From Candidatus Sigynarchaeum calidifontis (lineage in GTDB: Archaea; Asgardarchaeota; Lokiarchaeia; Sigyniarchaeales; Sigyniarchaeaceae): a stretch of 56,128 nucleotides of DNA. Positions 1 to 10,112 of this stretch are shown piece by piece. The DNA is taken from contig JAUQYZ020000262.1 in NCBI GenBank assembly GCA_030587475.2, forward strand, positions 1 to 56,128, in the 5' to 3' direction. The notes below the pieces were generated by a model that did no database searches, had not been told where the DNA came from, and saw only the letters and a program-made list of their open reading frames with translations. A program made the position numbers and the translations under genes. Position 1 is the stretch's first letter; each line of letters begins with the position of its first letter.

Positions 1-55
1 ACGAAAAAATAAAAAGGAGGTGAGTTCAATTATTCAAATAGTGCCGCTTGTCGTT

Positions 56-1159
56 TTAATCTTCCTTTTTTTTTTCAGCACCAATATCATTCGCGTTTGT
101 TGCCTGGTTTGCAGTATACAACTCGTCCGTGAATTCATCTTCCGATCGAATAACAGGACGAACATCGCGTGTGGATCCGAGAACGAGCATCTGCGACATG
201 TTGCCGATGATGTTCCCTCCCTCGTACCGGTTGAAGCTTGGGAAGGAGGCTTCAATGACGAGACCGGATTGCACGATCAAGGACTGGATCTCGCGCATGG
301 TATCAGGGGAGACATGGCCGAATGAAAGGAACACGCGAGATCCTGCTTCTTTTTTCAAGGCATCGATGGCACGGGAAAGGAAGAGTTTGCACCCGTTCAT
401 CGTGTAGGGGGGATCCGTGAAAACAACGTCAAACCGGTTCCGTAATTCAGCGGGGAGTGGCTTCCGAACGTCGCGTGTGACCGTCGACAGGTTCCTCGAG
501 AGCATCTTGCTTGCTAGTTCACTAATTGACCGAGTGATCCTCGGATCGATGTCGAGTACCGTGACGTTGAAGGGCTTGGTAACGATGGCCGGATCCGTGA
601 TGAAATAATCCTCGGTGAACTCGGGCGCGCACGCTGCGGCTGATACGAAGTCATCGTCGCCAAGGAACAAGATTGAATTTCCGTCGAACGCGTGCCATGT
701 ATGGAGGAGGAGCAAACGCCGGAGGAGCGTCTCGATAGTGCACTTTGCCTGGTCGACCGTCACGTCCGCGTCCGGCCGGGAAGTTACGATCGCCTCCAAG
801 CGTTCAAACAAGCGGGAATGACGTTTGCCAGGATCCAGCTCGTATCCGGTACCGTCGCACGCGTCGCAGGAAACCGTGCTCAACGACCAGATGCCCATCT
901 CGGTCTCGACGTATTTCATCCCTTTTTCGGTGAAACGAACACCCGATTCATCCCGGTGGACGAGCCCATCCGACGAGAGCTTGGTCAACACTAGGGAAAT
1001 TACGGGCGGTGGCAACCTGGTCGTATTTGCGAGGTCGTGGATGCTCGCATTTCCCTTGCGATGCAGCTCGACGAGCACGCGCTTGATACCAGCTGCGCCC
1101 TCGCCAAGCTTGACCCCTTTGGCAATGCTTGCCAGGTACCGTTCGATCTCCTGGTTCAT
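56..1159 (-). CDS. bpsA: Branched-chain polyamine synthase (N4-bis(aminopropyl)spermidine synthase) with N-terminal wHTH-like extension
   Basis: DQAKCT, FLGDDDFVS, VLDID and DVVFTDPPYT motifs typical of BpsA/DUF43; N-terminal HTH-like segment and CDAC. Confidence 0.8.
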   Translation of the reverse strand: MNQEIERYLASIAKGVKLGEGAAGIKRVLVELHRKGNASIHDLANTTRLPPPVISLVLTKLSSDGLVHRDESGVRFTEKGMKYVETEMGIWSLSTVSCDACDGTGYELDPGKRHSRLFERLEAIVTSRPDADVTVDQAKCTIETLLRRLLLLHTWHAFDGNSILFLGDDDFVSAAACAPEFTEDYFITDPAIVTKPFNVTVLDIDPRITRSISELASKMLSRNLSTVTRDVRKPLPAELRNRFDVVFTDPPYTMNGCKLFLSRAIDALKKEAGSRVFLSFGHVSPDTMREIQSLIVQSGLVIEASFPSFNRYEGGNIIGNMSQMLVLGSTRDVRPVIRSEDEFTDELYTANQATNANDIGAEKKKED

Positions 1160-1222
1160 GGTAAACCAAAATGGCCATTCACAAAAGAGGTTTTTGATGG
1201 AAAGGAAAAGAAACGGGGCAAA

Positions 1223-2128
1223 TCACAGCATTTTGGAAATGAAATCCCATTGGCCGTTCACGTATGCTTGGTAGGTGTCAATGTGTTGCTGAGTGACGTG
1301 CTTGAACCTACCTTGCCGTTTCATGTAATCGGCAACCGATAGTCTTTTCTTTGGATCGAGGCAAGGCTCGGATTCCTTGGACAAGAACAACTTCCCATCT
1401 ATGATCTCGTAGACAGGAAAGATGCCGGCCTTCACGGCAAGCTTGCCAATTTCGATGGTTTCTTCCGTTTGAAAGCCCCAGCCAGGCGGGCACGGGGCGA
1501 GGAGATGGAGGTACCGAGTGCCCTTGAACTGCTTGGCCCGCTTGAACTTGTTATATACATCGAGCGGGTACGATGCACATGCAGTGGCGATGTACGGGAT
1601 GTTGTGGGCGAGCATGATCATGGGGATGTTCTTCTTGTGCTCGATCTTGCCGTGCGGGGTCGTGGTCGTGTAGGCCATGTACGGGGTCTGGCCGCTCCGC
1701 TGCGTGCCCGTGTTGGAATACATCTCGTTGTCGTAGCACGCGTAGATGAAGTTCGTGTTCCGCTCGGCAGCACCGCTCAAACCCTGGATTCCGATATCGG
1801 ACGTGCCACCATCACCGGCGAACCCGACAACCGTGATCTTGTCAGCCAATCCTTGCGCCTCAAGCGCCGCAACGATGCCTGATGCAGACGCTGCGGTTGT
1901 TTCGAATGTCGTGTGGATGACGTTCAGCTTGACCGAGGTTTTATGATACAAGCCATGTAATACGGTCAAGCAACTCGCCGGCACCGTTATTATGGTGTCT
2001 TTACCGAGTGCCTTCAGCGCCATTCGATAAATCAAGCTCATGGAGCAGCCAGCGCACGATCGATTTCCCGCGAGCATCAATTCCTCCTCGGGGAGCTCGT
2101 CGACCCTCGTGATGAATGCACCTTCCAT
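1223..2128 (-). CDS. porB: Pyruvate/2-oxoacid:ferredoxin oxidoreductase beta subunit
   Basis: CAGC, GDGG...DNEMYSNTG TPP-binding motif, PCPPGW. Confidence 0.92.
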   Translation of the reverse strand: MEGAFITRVDELPEEELMLAGNRSCAGCSMSLIYRMALKALGKDTIITVPASCLTVLHGLYHKTSVKLNVIHTTFETTAASASGIVAALEAQGLADKITVVGFAGDGGTSDIGIQGLSGAAERNTNFIYACYDNEMYSNTGTQRSGQTPYMAYTTTTPHGKIEHKKNIPMIMLAHNIPYIATACASYPLDVYNKFKRAKQFKGTRYLHLLAPCPPGWGFQTEETIEIGKLAVKAGIFPVYEIIDGKLFLSKESEPCLDPKKRLSVADYMKRQGRFKHVTQQHIDTYQAYVNGQWDFISKML

Positions 2129-2129
2129 C

Positions 2130-3401
2130 TCATTCGCCCTCCATCAAGCCGAGCCACGTGGTCTCGTCATGGATCTCCTTGTTTTTCGCCATTGCAACGA
2201 CCATTTTCGTTCCCTGGATCACGTGATCCGTCGTGAAATCCCGGCCACCAAGCCCGACGATGAATCCATGAATATATGGTGGGTTAGGCGCGTTATAAAA
2301 AGCTACCTTGGTCTCTGCGCACAATGCACCCTCCAGGCCATAAGCAACATCTCTATCGAAGACGACGACGACATTCACGTGCTTCAGCGCCTCGCGGATC
2401 CGCTGCTTCGGGAATGGCCTGAACAAACGAACCGTGAGCACCCCTGCCTTGATGCCGCTCGCTCGCAACGAGTCGATCGCCGTCTTTGCCTGGCTCGAAC
2501 ATGAACCCATGCCGATGATGGCAACATCCGCATCGTCCAGTCGATACCCGCGTACTGCACCGCCGTGGTTCCTACCAGACAACTTTCCGAACTGGCCTTC
2601 GATTTCTTCCATAACCGCGATAGACCTTTCGAGTGCTTGTTGCATCCTGTGCCGGAGTTCCATGTAGGCGGGGAAACCCTCGCGCGGGTCGGGCACTGTG
2701 ACGGGATTTAGGCCGATGGGATCGTCCATCGTTTTCGAGAGCATGAGATGTGAATTAAATGGTGGAAGGAACTTGTCGACCTCGGCTTGGGACAGCAGCT
2801 CGACAGGCATGATCGTGTGGCTCAAGATGTACCCGTCGTAGCACACCGCAACTGGCAAGTAGACGCGCTCGTCCTCCGCGATCTTGAACGCTTCGATCAC
2901 CGTGTCGTAAATCTCTTGATTGTCCTCGCAAAAAATTTGCATCCAGCCCGTGTCTCGTTGGCTCACGGCGTCCTGATGATCGGGCCAAACGCTCCACGGC
3001 GCGCCGATGGCACGGGTAACGATGCACATGACGATGGGAAGCCGCGTTCCCGCTGCCCACGCGAGTTGCTCGTGCATATATAGGAGACCATGTGAAGAAG
3101 TTGCCGTGAAGACTCGCGTGCCCACTATGCTGGCCGAGATCAAGGACGCAATGGCACTTTGCTCGGATTCCACGCGGATCATCCTCGCGTCCATCTCGCC
3201 GTCCTCGATGAATTCCGACAGTTTCTCGACGACGGGGCTCTGCGGCGTTATTGGATAAGCAGAAACCACTTGCACGCGCGATGCCTTGACGGCGTATGAT
3301 GCTGCATGGTTTCCCGTGAGGAGCATGGTTTCTCGACTCTTTTCTCTTGCAGGATTGCCTTCTGTTTTGGCTTTTTCTTTTGACTTGCCTTTTGAAGCCA
3401 T
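2130..3401 (-). CDS. porA: Pyruvate/2-oxoacid:ferredoxin oxidoreductase alpha subunit
   Basis: AYPITPQ, ESE, TATSSHGL, RLFRPFP, GLGGRD; start moved to ATG at 3401 just after the porD stop. Confidence 0.92.
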   Translation of the reverse strand: MASKGKSKEKAKTEGNPAREKSRETMLLTGNHAASYAVKASRVQVVSAYPITPQSPVVEKLSEFIEDGEMDARMIRVESEQSAIASLISASIVGTRVFTATSSHGLLYMHEQLAWAAGTRLPIVMCIVTRAIGAPWSVWPDHQDAVSQRDTGWMQIFCEDNQEIYDTVIEAFKIAEDERVYLPVAVCYDGYILSHTIMPVELLSQAEVDKFLPPFNSHLMLSKTMDDPIGLNPVTVPDPREGFPAYMELRHRMQQALERSIAVMEEIEGQFGKLSGRNHGGAVRGYRLDDADVAIIGMGSCSSQAKTAIDSLRASGIKAGVLTVRLFRPFPKQRIREALKHVNVVVVFDRDVAYGLEGALCAETKVAFYNAPNPPYIHGFIVGLGGRDFTTDHVIQGTKMVVAMAKNKEIHDETTWLGLMEGE

Positions 3402-3403
3402 TA

Positions 3404-3691
3404 TTATTCCTCCTCCATCGTGATCGCCTTGTGTGGGCATTCGACGGCGCATATCCCGCATCCTTTACAATATTCGAGAATGATCGTTGGAGGCCGCGTG
3501 CGGGTAACCATCGCTTCAGGGCAATAAAGCCAGCAGTTATGGCAGCGTGCCTTCTCGCTTTTCATCAGTATGCACTTGCTCACGTCGATCACGGGCTTGA
3601 AAGTCCGCCACGTGCCCGTCTTGCCACCCTCGCCTTCCGCAGGATGCTGCACGGCGGCAATGGTTGATTTTGGATCTCGTGAGTTAACCAT
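3404..3691 (-). CDS. porD: 2-oxoacid:ferredoxin oxidoreductase delta subunit (2x[4Fe-4S])
   Basis: TGTWRTFKP, CHNCWLYCP, YCKGCGICAVECP. Confidence 0.9.
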   Translation of the reverse strand: MVNSRDPKSTIAAVQHPAEGEGGKTGTWRTFKPVIDVSKCILMKSEKARCHNCWLYCPEAMVTRTRPPTIILEYCKGCGICAVECPHKAITMEEE

Positions 3692-3711
3692 GTGTTGATC
3701 ATGCCTCTTTA

Positions 3712-4302
3712 TTAGCAAATGACGAGATTATCATGTGCGCGACGCGCGCCCTCGATGTTTAACGCGGCTATCTTCTCGTTCGAGAAGTAATCTTTGATGG
3801 CCGCGTCGATCGTATCGAGCGAGACATCCGGGAGCACTCGAGCGATGGCTCCAAGGATCGGTGTGTTGAGTATCGGTACGCTATTGCCGATCAAGAGCTT
3901 GATGTCGAAGCAAATCTTGACGATATCGACGATGCCAAGCTTCACGTCGCTTGATATGCCATATTTTTTTCGGAGCGTGCCCGCATCATCGCTTGTGTTG
4001 ACGAGCATTATGCCATCTTTCTTCAACGTGCCTGTTGGATTTGCAATCTTGAGGATGGACACGTCCAAGATCACGAGGATGTCAGGATTGTAGATCTTGG
4101 CGCGATCGAAGATTTCATGCCGGGAGATACGCGCATATGCCGACACGGGTGCACCGCGCCGTTCCGGCCCGAACACGGGGAATGCCATGATATATGGAAA
4201 ATTGCCGGTCATGTACCCGCTTTTCGCGAACAAGTTCGCGGCAGTGACGGCGCCTTGCCCACCCCGTCCATAGAATGCGACCTCGATTAGCGTGTGATTC
4301 AT
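3712..4302 (-). CDS. porG: 2-oxoacid:ferredoxin oxidoreductase gamma subunit
   Basis: GRGGQGAVTA, FGPERRGAPV, NTPILGA. Confidence 0.92.
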   Translation of the reverse strand: MNHTLIEVAFYGRGGQGAVTAANLFAKSGYMTGNFPYIMAFPVFGPERRGAPVSAYARISRHEIFDRAKIYNPDILVILDVSILKIANPTGTLKKDGIMLVNTSDDAGTLRKKYGISSDVKLGIVDIVKICFDIKLLIGNSVPILNTPILGAIARVLPDVSLDTIDAAIKDYFSNEKIAALNIEGARRAHDNLVIC

Positions 4303-4423
4303 AATTGTATCATTACAATTTATCGATCGTTTCAATGAGGGAGGGAATAATATCCTAATCAGCATAGAATATTTGCTTGTTTACTCTTCTTTAGGTGCTG
4401 GAGCATTATCATTTTGATGTCCA

Positions 4424-5851
4424 ATGGCATCGAATCCCATTTCCCGAGATCCGAAGGGTTTATGGCTTGTCGCGCGGGCTTGCAAGGCGATCGTGGTTGA
4501 CGGGATGCAGCCAGATCTGGTGATCGCCCGAGTTCGTGAAGAAAGGGGATTCAAGGGAGGGATCGAGTGGCTCGCCGGTGATGTTGCCGCCATCATAAGG
4601 CATCACGGTTTCCTCAATTTCATCGCCATCAGCGCTGGCGCGGGTATCAAAAACATACCGAGAAAAGACGATGAACGGCATTTCTTTCATCTTGCCATTT
4701 TATTTCACGTGTTCAAGGATCGGATAGAAAATGAAACGTTTCGCAAGTTCACCGACGTGGAACGCGATTCCGTCGCAAACATGCTGGAAAGAATGAAGCC
4801 TCGCTTGGAACCCGAGACCATGGCACTCGTGCACAATGCAATCCGCTTGAACATACCGGCGCTTTTGCGTAACAAAGAATCCGTGGAGCGCTTGTCGATT
4901 CTCTTCTCACACCCCTCCACCTTCGTCGAGCGGCTCGTGCGGTTGTTACCAAAGGCTCGTGTTGAACGCATCTTGCAGGCACAGCAACGTCCGGGGCCGT
5001 TCTTCATCTTGGCCAGGAACCCCGAGGCACTCGACCGTGTGATAAATTTCTTGGTTGGTAGTGGTATCACGTTCCAGAGCGACAAGACATTTTCCAACGT
5101 TCTCCAAGTCTCGAACTTTGTTGGTGCAAAGGGTCGCGTTGTCGAGTCAGGCATCTTAGACATGAGGAATGTCATTATACAAGACTGGGCAAGCATTGCA
5201 GTTCTCGAGGCATTGAACATCGTAAAAGGCGACGTGGTCATCGACGCGTGCGCGGCGCCCTTCCAAAAAACCACGGGGATCTGGTGGCGCTGCGGGAGAT
5301 CGGGAAAAGTGGTGGCGATGGAAGCAAATCCAGTTCGAGCATCGATAAACGCCCGGCGGCTCCCCATCGAAGCACGAAAGGCCATTCACGTGGTTCTCTC
5401 GGATGCTACACGGTTCGGGACAAACCTGCGAGGGATCGTGCCCGACAAGATCTTGCTCGACGTGCCTTGCACGGGCTCGGGTTCCCTGGCGACATTCCCC
5501 GAGCTGAAAGCGCGCCAATCGGCCAAGGATATTGCATTTTTCTCGTCGTTACAAATGAAGATCCTTGGCGCCGTCCTTGAAACTTGCAAAGCGAATGGTT
5601 GGCATGGTGTACATGTCGTTTATAGCTCTTGCTCGTATTATCCAGAAGAAGGAGAAGAGATTATCGATAATGTCATTGATAGGATCGATCTCGTCGATCT
5701 TCATAACCCGGGCGCGCTTACCGCGCGGCTTGCTGCACTCCCAACGGGCTGGAAAGGTTATAAATGCAGCCTGCGCGTCGCACGCACGTTTCCCGACACG
5801 AACGGGGGGAGCAAGGCTTTCTTCATCGCGGCGTTCACGACGAGAGCTTGA
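4424..5851 (+). CDS. RsmB/NOP2/NSUN-family RNA m5C methyltransferase (divergent)
   Basis: IIQDWAS, DACAAP.QKT, LLDVPCTGSG, YSSCS...EEGE; both conserved Cys present. Confidence 0.8.
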   Translation: MASNPISRDPKGLWLVARACKAIVVDGMQPDLVIARVREERGFKGGIEWLAGDVAAIIRHHGFLNFIAISAGAGIKNIPRKDDERHFFHLAILFHVFKDRIENETFRKFTDVERDSVANMLERMKPRLEPETMALVHNAIRLNIPALLRNKESVERLSILFSHPSTFVERLVRLLPKARVERILQAQQRPGPFFILARNPEALDRVINFLVGSGITFQSDKTFSNVLQVSNFVGAKGRVVESGILDMRNVIIQDWASIAVLEALNIVKGDVVIDACAAPFQKTTGIWWRCGRSGKVVAMEANPVRASINARRLPIEARKAIHVVLSDATRFGTNLRGIVPDKILLDVPCTGSGSLATFPELKARQSAKDIAFFSSLQMKILGAVLETCKANGWHGVHVVYSSCSYYPEEGEEIIDNVIDRIDLVDLHNPGALTARLAALPTGWKGYKCSLRVARTFPDTNGGSKAFFIAAFTTRA

Positions 5852-6890
5852 ATCGGAACCAGGGAATCGTGTATTTCAAGCCCTCCTTGAGGGGGGTTCG
5901 GGGTTCCCAATCGAGGACGCTCTTCGCTTTTTCGAGGACGGGGCAACGACGTACGGGATCGTCCTTGGGTAACGGATTGTATTGCAACTTGGACGTGGAA
6001 CCCGTCATCTCGATGATTAGTTTGGCTAAATCCTCGACGGTATCCTCCTTGTCGTTACCGATGTTGATGACCTCACCCCGGCTTTGTTCCATGGCAGGGT
6101 TGGCCATTCGAAGCAACCCTTCTACCTCGTCGCTGACGAAGGTAAAGCTTCTCGTTTGCTTCCCATCACCGAAGATCGTGATGGGTTTGCCGAGTATTGC
6201 TTGCTCGATGAAGTTCGGCACGACCCGGCCAAATTGTGGCCCGCCACGTATGCGCGGCCCGTAGGTGTTGAAGATTCGGGCGATCCTCGTATCGATCTTG
6301 TGCTCCAGCTCGTAAGCCTTGACGATGGCTTCTCCCGCGCGCTTCGACTCGTCATAACAGCTCCGCGGGCCGTTGGGGTTCGCGTGTCCCCAGTAACTCT
6401 CCGGCGTGGGCACGTGGCTGTCATCGGGATCCCCATAGACCTCGCTCGTGGACGAATAGAAAAACGTGGCGCCGTACTTCTTAGCCACTTCAAGTCCATT
6501 CATCGTGCCGAGCGTATTACTTCGCCATATTTGAATTGGGAAGTGAGAAAATTCAAAGGGGGAAGCCCGGCTGGCCAAATGCATCACGACGTCCACGTGC
6601 TCGCCAGGATCATAGGGTTCCGTCGCATCCCGAACTTGAAATACGAAGTTTTCCTTCTCCCGTAACCCTTCCAAGTTCTCTTTTTGGCCGGAGGACAAGT
6701 TATCATAGCATATAACTTTTTTTGCGCCTTGTGCAACGAGTACCTCGCAGATATAACTTCCAAGAAAGCCAGCACCGCCGGTTATCAAGATCTTCTCGTC
6801 TTGGTAGGTGATCTTGCTCCGGTGCAAGTGTTTCTCGATATCAGCAACGATTGCATCCGTCACTGCGGAGGCAGATTCGTATCCATCCAT
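5835..6890 (-). CDS. UDP-glucuronate decarboxylase-like NAD-dependent epimerase/dehydratase
   Basis: TGGAGFLG, STSEVYGDP, YDESK, RIFNTYGP, QTRSF, DDPVRRCP. Confidence 0.88.
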   Translation of the reverse strand: MDGYESASAVTDAIVADIEKHLHRSKITYQDEKILITGGAGFLGSYICEVLVAQGAKKVICYDNLSSGQKENLEGLREKENFVFQVRDATEPYDPGEHVDVVMHLASRASPFEFSHFPIQIWRSNTLGTMNGLEVAKKYGATFFYSSTSEVYGDPDDSHVPTPESYWGHANPNGPRSCYDESKRAGEAIVKAYELEHKIDTRIARIFNTYGPRIRGGPQFGRVVPNFIEQAILGKPITIFGDGKQTRSFTFVSDEVEGLLRMANPAMEQSRGEVINIGNDKEDTVEDLAKLIIEMTGSTSKLQYNPLPKDDPVRRCPVLEKAKSVLDWEPRTPLKEGLKYTIPWFRFKLSS

Positions 6891-7000
6891 AAACGACACG
6901 CTAGTCGAGTTCAATCCACGAATGAAGATAGAACGATTGGCGATATACTTATTCTTGATTATTTTTTCCAAGGTTTCCCACGGCAAGCGCTCGTGTTACG

Positions 7001-9010
7001 TCATCTCTCAGGAATGCCCTCGTATTGCAGAGCGATCTTGGGGAAATAGGATAGCTTGTAATGCGGGAAGTATAAGGCGTGCGCATAATCCACCTGGAAC
7101 GTCGGAGCCGCTGAAATCTCGTGGTATCTGGCCGTGAATGCAATTTCGTTGGCAATTTTGCGCAATCCGATGTCCTTCAAGCAGACCTGGGCACCCATTC
7201 CTGCAGCGTTTCCTATTTGATACACGTGGTCGATTGACACTTCCGGGAAGAGGCCGATGAACATCGCATTTTCCTTGTTGATATAGCTGCCGAATGCCCC
7301 AGCGAGAATGACTTGCTCGATATCAGAAGGTTTTTTCCCATCCTTTTCGAGAAGTAATAAGGCGCCAACAAGAAAAGCCCCTTTTGCGAGTTGGATCTGC
7401 CTGATATCTTCTTGTGATACGGTAATGGTTCTGGCACTATCGTTCAATTTTCCATCGAATCCTTGGATGCGATGTGAATCCATGGCGGGATCGAATAATA
7501 CATAGCAATATTCATCTCTTATCCTCGTGATCCGGGGATTCTTCATGATATCCTCGGATTTTGTATTGAACTTGCCGCTTCGGGTGATGACCCGGGCACG
7601 TAACATTTCCGCGGTTATGTCGACAAGTCCGGAACCGCAGATGCCGATGGGGGTCGTGTTTCCAATTACTTGGAGCGTGGGATCGAGGGTGGCAGGATCA
7701 ATTTTTACAGCCTCGATGGATCCCTCGGCGGCTCTCATACCAAATGATATCTGGGCGCCTTCGAGCGCGGATCCCGCCGCGCAAGAACCCGTGATCAAAC
7801 CAGCTTTGTTACCAAGAACCAATTCCCCGTTCGTCCCGATATCAATCAAGAGGGTATACTTGTCGAACATGTCTATACGGGATGCAATGATGCAGCCGAT
7901 CGTGTCGGTACCAACGTACCCGGCGATGACGGGGGGCATGTACACGTTGGCGTTGGGATTGCAAGTGAGACCTAACTGGCATGCACGAATATTCGCCGGT
8001 GCTTTAAAAACGGGGGTAAACGGCGACACGGCGAGGTATCGCGCATCCAATCCGAGAAACAAGTGATGCATGGCCGTGTTTCCCACAACGACGATATCAC
8101 GAACGTCTGAAGGCAAAATGCCACCCTTTTTACACGCGTCGGCGATGATCTCGTTAAGTGCCTCGACCACTAACGCTTGGGCTTTTGACTGGGCCCCGTT
8201 ACGAACGACATACGTGATGCGAGAAACAACATCCTCCCCGATCGCGACTTGGGGATTGAGCATCGCGGAGATGGCAACTTGCTCGCCAGACACCACGTTG
8301 ATCAAGTAACCAACTATGGTGGTAGTGCCAATATCGATTGCAATACCATAAATTGCATCACCTTTGTGGCCAGGAACCAGATCAAACAAACGTGGGCTTT
8401 TGGCATTATCACTAACGTGGAGATATGCCGTCACGCTGCCGTTCGATTGTCGTAAAAAATTAGGAATGACCTTGGCGAGATTGTATCCCACATCATCAAT
8501 GTTGGTAAGAAAGCTACGATCCGAATCTTGTGCTAGTGCATCCAAAAGGCGCGAAAAGTCCGCAATGGGCTTCTCGATGGATGCACTCGGGACGACAATA
8601 TGCCTTGAAAATACAAGCGGATTCGCCTTTACCTCGATTTTGATACCTAGATGCGACATGTCGCTATCCACGAGGATTCGATTCCCTTTCGGCAGCAAGG
8701 CATCTGTCAAGTATATGCGGCAATCGCCTTGCAAGACAGCTTGGCAAGCGAGGCGGAATCCATCCTTGATCGCTTGGGTTCCGAGCTTGTTTATCTCGAG
8801 TTCTGTTGGCGGAGATAGATGCGTTTCTGTTTCCACGACCCGTATTTTGCATTTGCCACATGTCCCGCGACCACCGCAAAATGCACCGACGGGAAAGCTC
8901 ATAGCCACCAATGCATCGTAAACAGATCGACCGCGTGCTACGTTGAGGCGTTTTGACACTGGCTCGATGATGAGAACGCAGCGTTCGGTAAAATCGTTAT
9001 TTTCGGCCAT
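7001..9010 (-). CDS. ASKHA-domain reductive activator of corrinoid proteins (RACo/DUF4445) with N-terminal [2Fe-2S] domain
   Basis: CGGRGTCGKC...RLACQ ferredoxin; DIGTTT, DIGTNGE, GICGSG, LAGAFG. Confidence 0.88.
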   Translation of the reverse strand: MAENNDFTERCVLIIEPVSKRLNVARGRSVYDALVAMSFPVGAFCGGRGTCGKCKIRVVETETHLSPPTELEINKLGTQAIKDGFRLACQAVLQGDCRIYLTDALLPKGNRILVDSDMSHLGIKIEVKANPLVFSRHIVVPSASIEKPIADFSRLLDALAQDSDRSFLTNIDDVGYNLAKVIPNFLRQSNGSVTAYLHVSDNAKSPRLFDLVPGHKGDAIYGIAIDIGTTTIVGYLINVVSGEQVAISAMLNPQVAIGEDVVSRITYVVRNGAQSKAQALVVEALNEIIADACKKGGILPSDVRDIVVVGNTAMHHLFLGLDARYLAVSPFTPVFKAPANIRACQLGLTCNPNANVYMPPVIAGYVGTDTIGCIIASRIDMFDKYTLLIDIGTNGELVLGNKAGLITGSCAAGSALEGAQISFGMRAAEGSIEAVKIDPATLDPTLQVIGNTTPIGICGSGLVDITAEMLRARVITRSGKFNTKSEDIMKNPRITRIRDEYCYVLFDPAMDSHRIQGFDGKLNDSARTITVSQEDIRQIQLAKGAFLVGALLLLEKDGKKPSDIEQVILAGAFGSYINKENAMFIGLFPEVSIDHVYQIGNAAGMGAQVCLKDIGLRKIANEIAFTARYHEISAAPTFQVDYAHALYFPHYKLSYFPKIALQYEGIPER

Positions 9011-9068
9011 CGTGCTTCATGTAATTTGTTTTTGGATTTAAGAAAAGAATGCCATTTCCGGCGTCTCG

Positions 9069-10112
9069 CTAGAAATCCATCTCCTTGCTCGGCATCCGGG
9101 ACTTGAATTCCATAAGGCGACGACATATTTTCAAGTCTTTTGTGAACTGCGCATAGTGCTTCTCCGTGGCGAGCCGCACCTTCAATTGATCGAGATCGGT
9201 CTTGCTCGGGAACTCGCAAAACAAGAGTGTACGATGCACTCGTATCACGCCGAAAATCGCGGTGAGATCGAAGATTAATTCGCAAAATGACGCCGCGCTG
9301 CACTGATGAGTATCGATGCGTGCAGGGATCGTGAAAAGAAAGTATTCAACGTTCTCCATGACGCAAAAATCTTGCGATACACGGTCGGCAGTGAGGAAAA
9401 TCACGTCGGACTTGGATTGTGCCATGAATTGTTGAAGCTCTTTCAAGATGTACAGGTCTTTTTGTTCATAGGAGGGCGAACGTTTTTCGATCTCCGCTAC
9501 CGTGAAGGTTAACAACCGGTTTTTCTCACGCATTGCCAAGTAAGCGGCCTTCCGTGACCTTTTTTTCCTGTTATTTACCCAACCCTTGATTAGATCGGCG
9601 TTGAACCGGAGTCTCGACTTGATGTCGTCGATAGTGGCTTTATCATACTTGTGATTCATCGCGGTTTGGATCTCGTTGTATACAGTCGGCGCGAGCGGGA
9701 TTCGCTCCTTTGATAAGAACGATGCTTTCGAAGATAGGAACCCGTGGTACAGCAAGTTCGTGTCAGGCGAAAAAAAGACTCGCTGGTTCCTGTCCTTGTA
9801 ATCTTTATGCCGGCTCAAGAAGTCCGCGACGTTGTCGTATTGCATGCAGCCACTAGCGAGGAAACATTCCTTGAAATCTTGGTAACTGGGGAATTCCTCG
9901 GCGTGCTGCGGGATTTGCGTGGCAATCATATTGAAGTCAGGAGTGCCCACCTCGATCGCGTAACCGAGCCCCTCCGGCTTGGCCTTGAAGAGATGGAAAT
10001 CGTTGAAAAGAGGAAAAGAGACATCAAACCGGACCCTGTCATTGTCAGCAGATATCGAATTCAGCAGGAGCTGCATCTCGGCAGCCGTGATTTCGACGTC
10101 CAAGTCAGGCAT
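9069..10112 (-). CDS. PIN-domain ribonuclease with N- and C-terminal extensions
   Basis: PIN acidic motifs FSPDTNLLY, VYNEI, KDLYI, FLTADR; start overlaps the CARF stop (ATGCCTGA). Confidence 0.7.
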   Translation of the reverse strand: MPDLDVEITAAEMQLLLNSISADNDRVRFDVSFPLFNDFHLFKAKPEGLGYAIEVGTPDFNMIATQIPQHAEEFPSYQDFKECFLASGCMQYDNVADFLSRHKDYKDRNQRVFFSPDTNLLYHGFLSSKASFLSKERIPLAPTVYNEIQTAMNHKYDKATIDDIKSRLRFNADLIKGWVNNRKKRSRKAAYLAMREKNRLLTFTVAEIEKRSPSYEQKDLYILKELQQFMAQSKSDVIFLTADRVSQDFCVMENVEYFLFTIPARIDTHQCSAASFCELIFDLTAIFGVIRVHRTLLFCEFPSKTDLDQLKVRLATEKHYAQFTKDLKICRRLMEFKSRMPSKEMDF

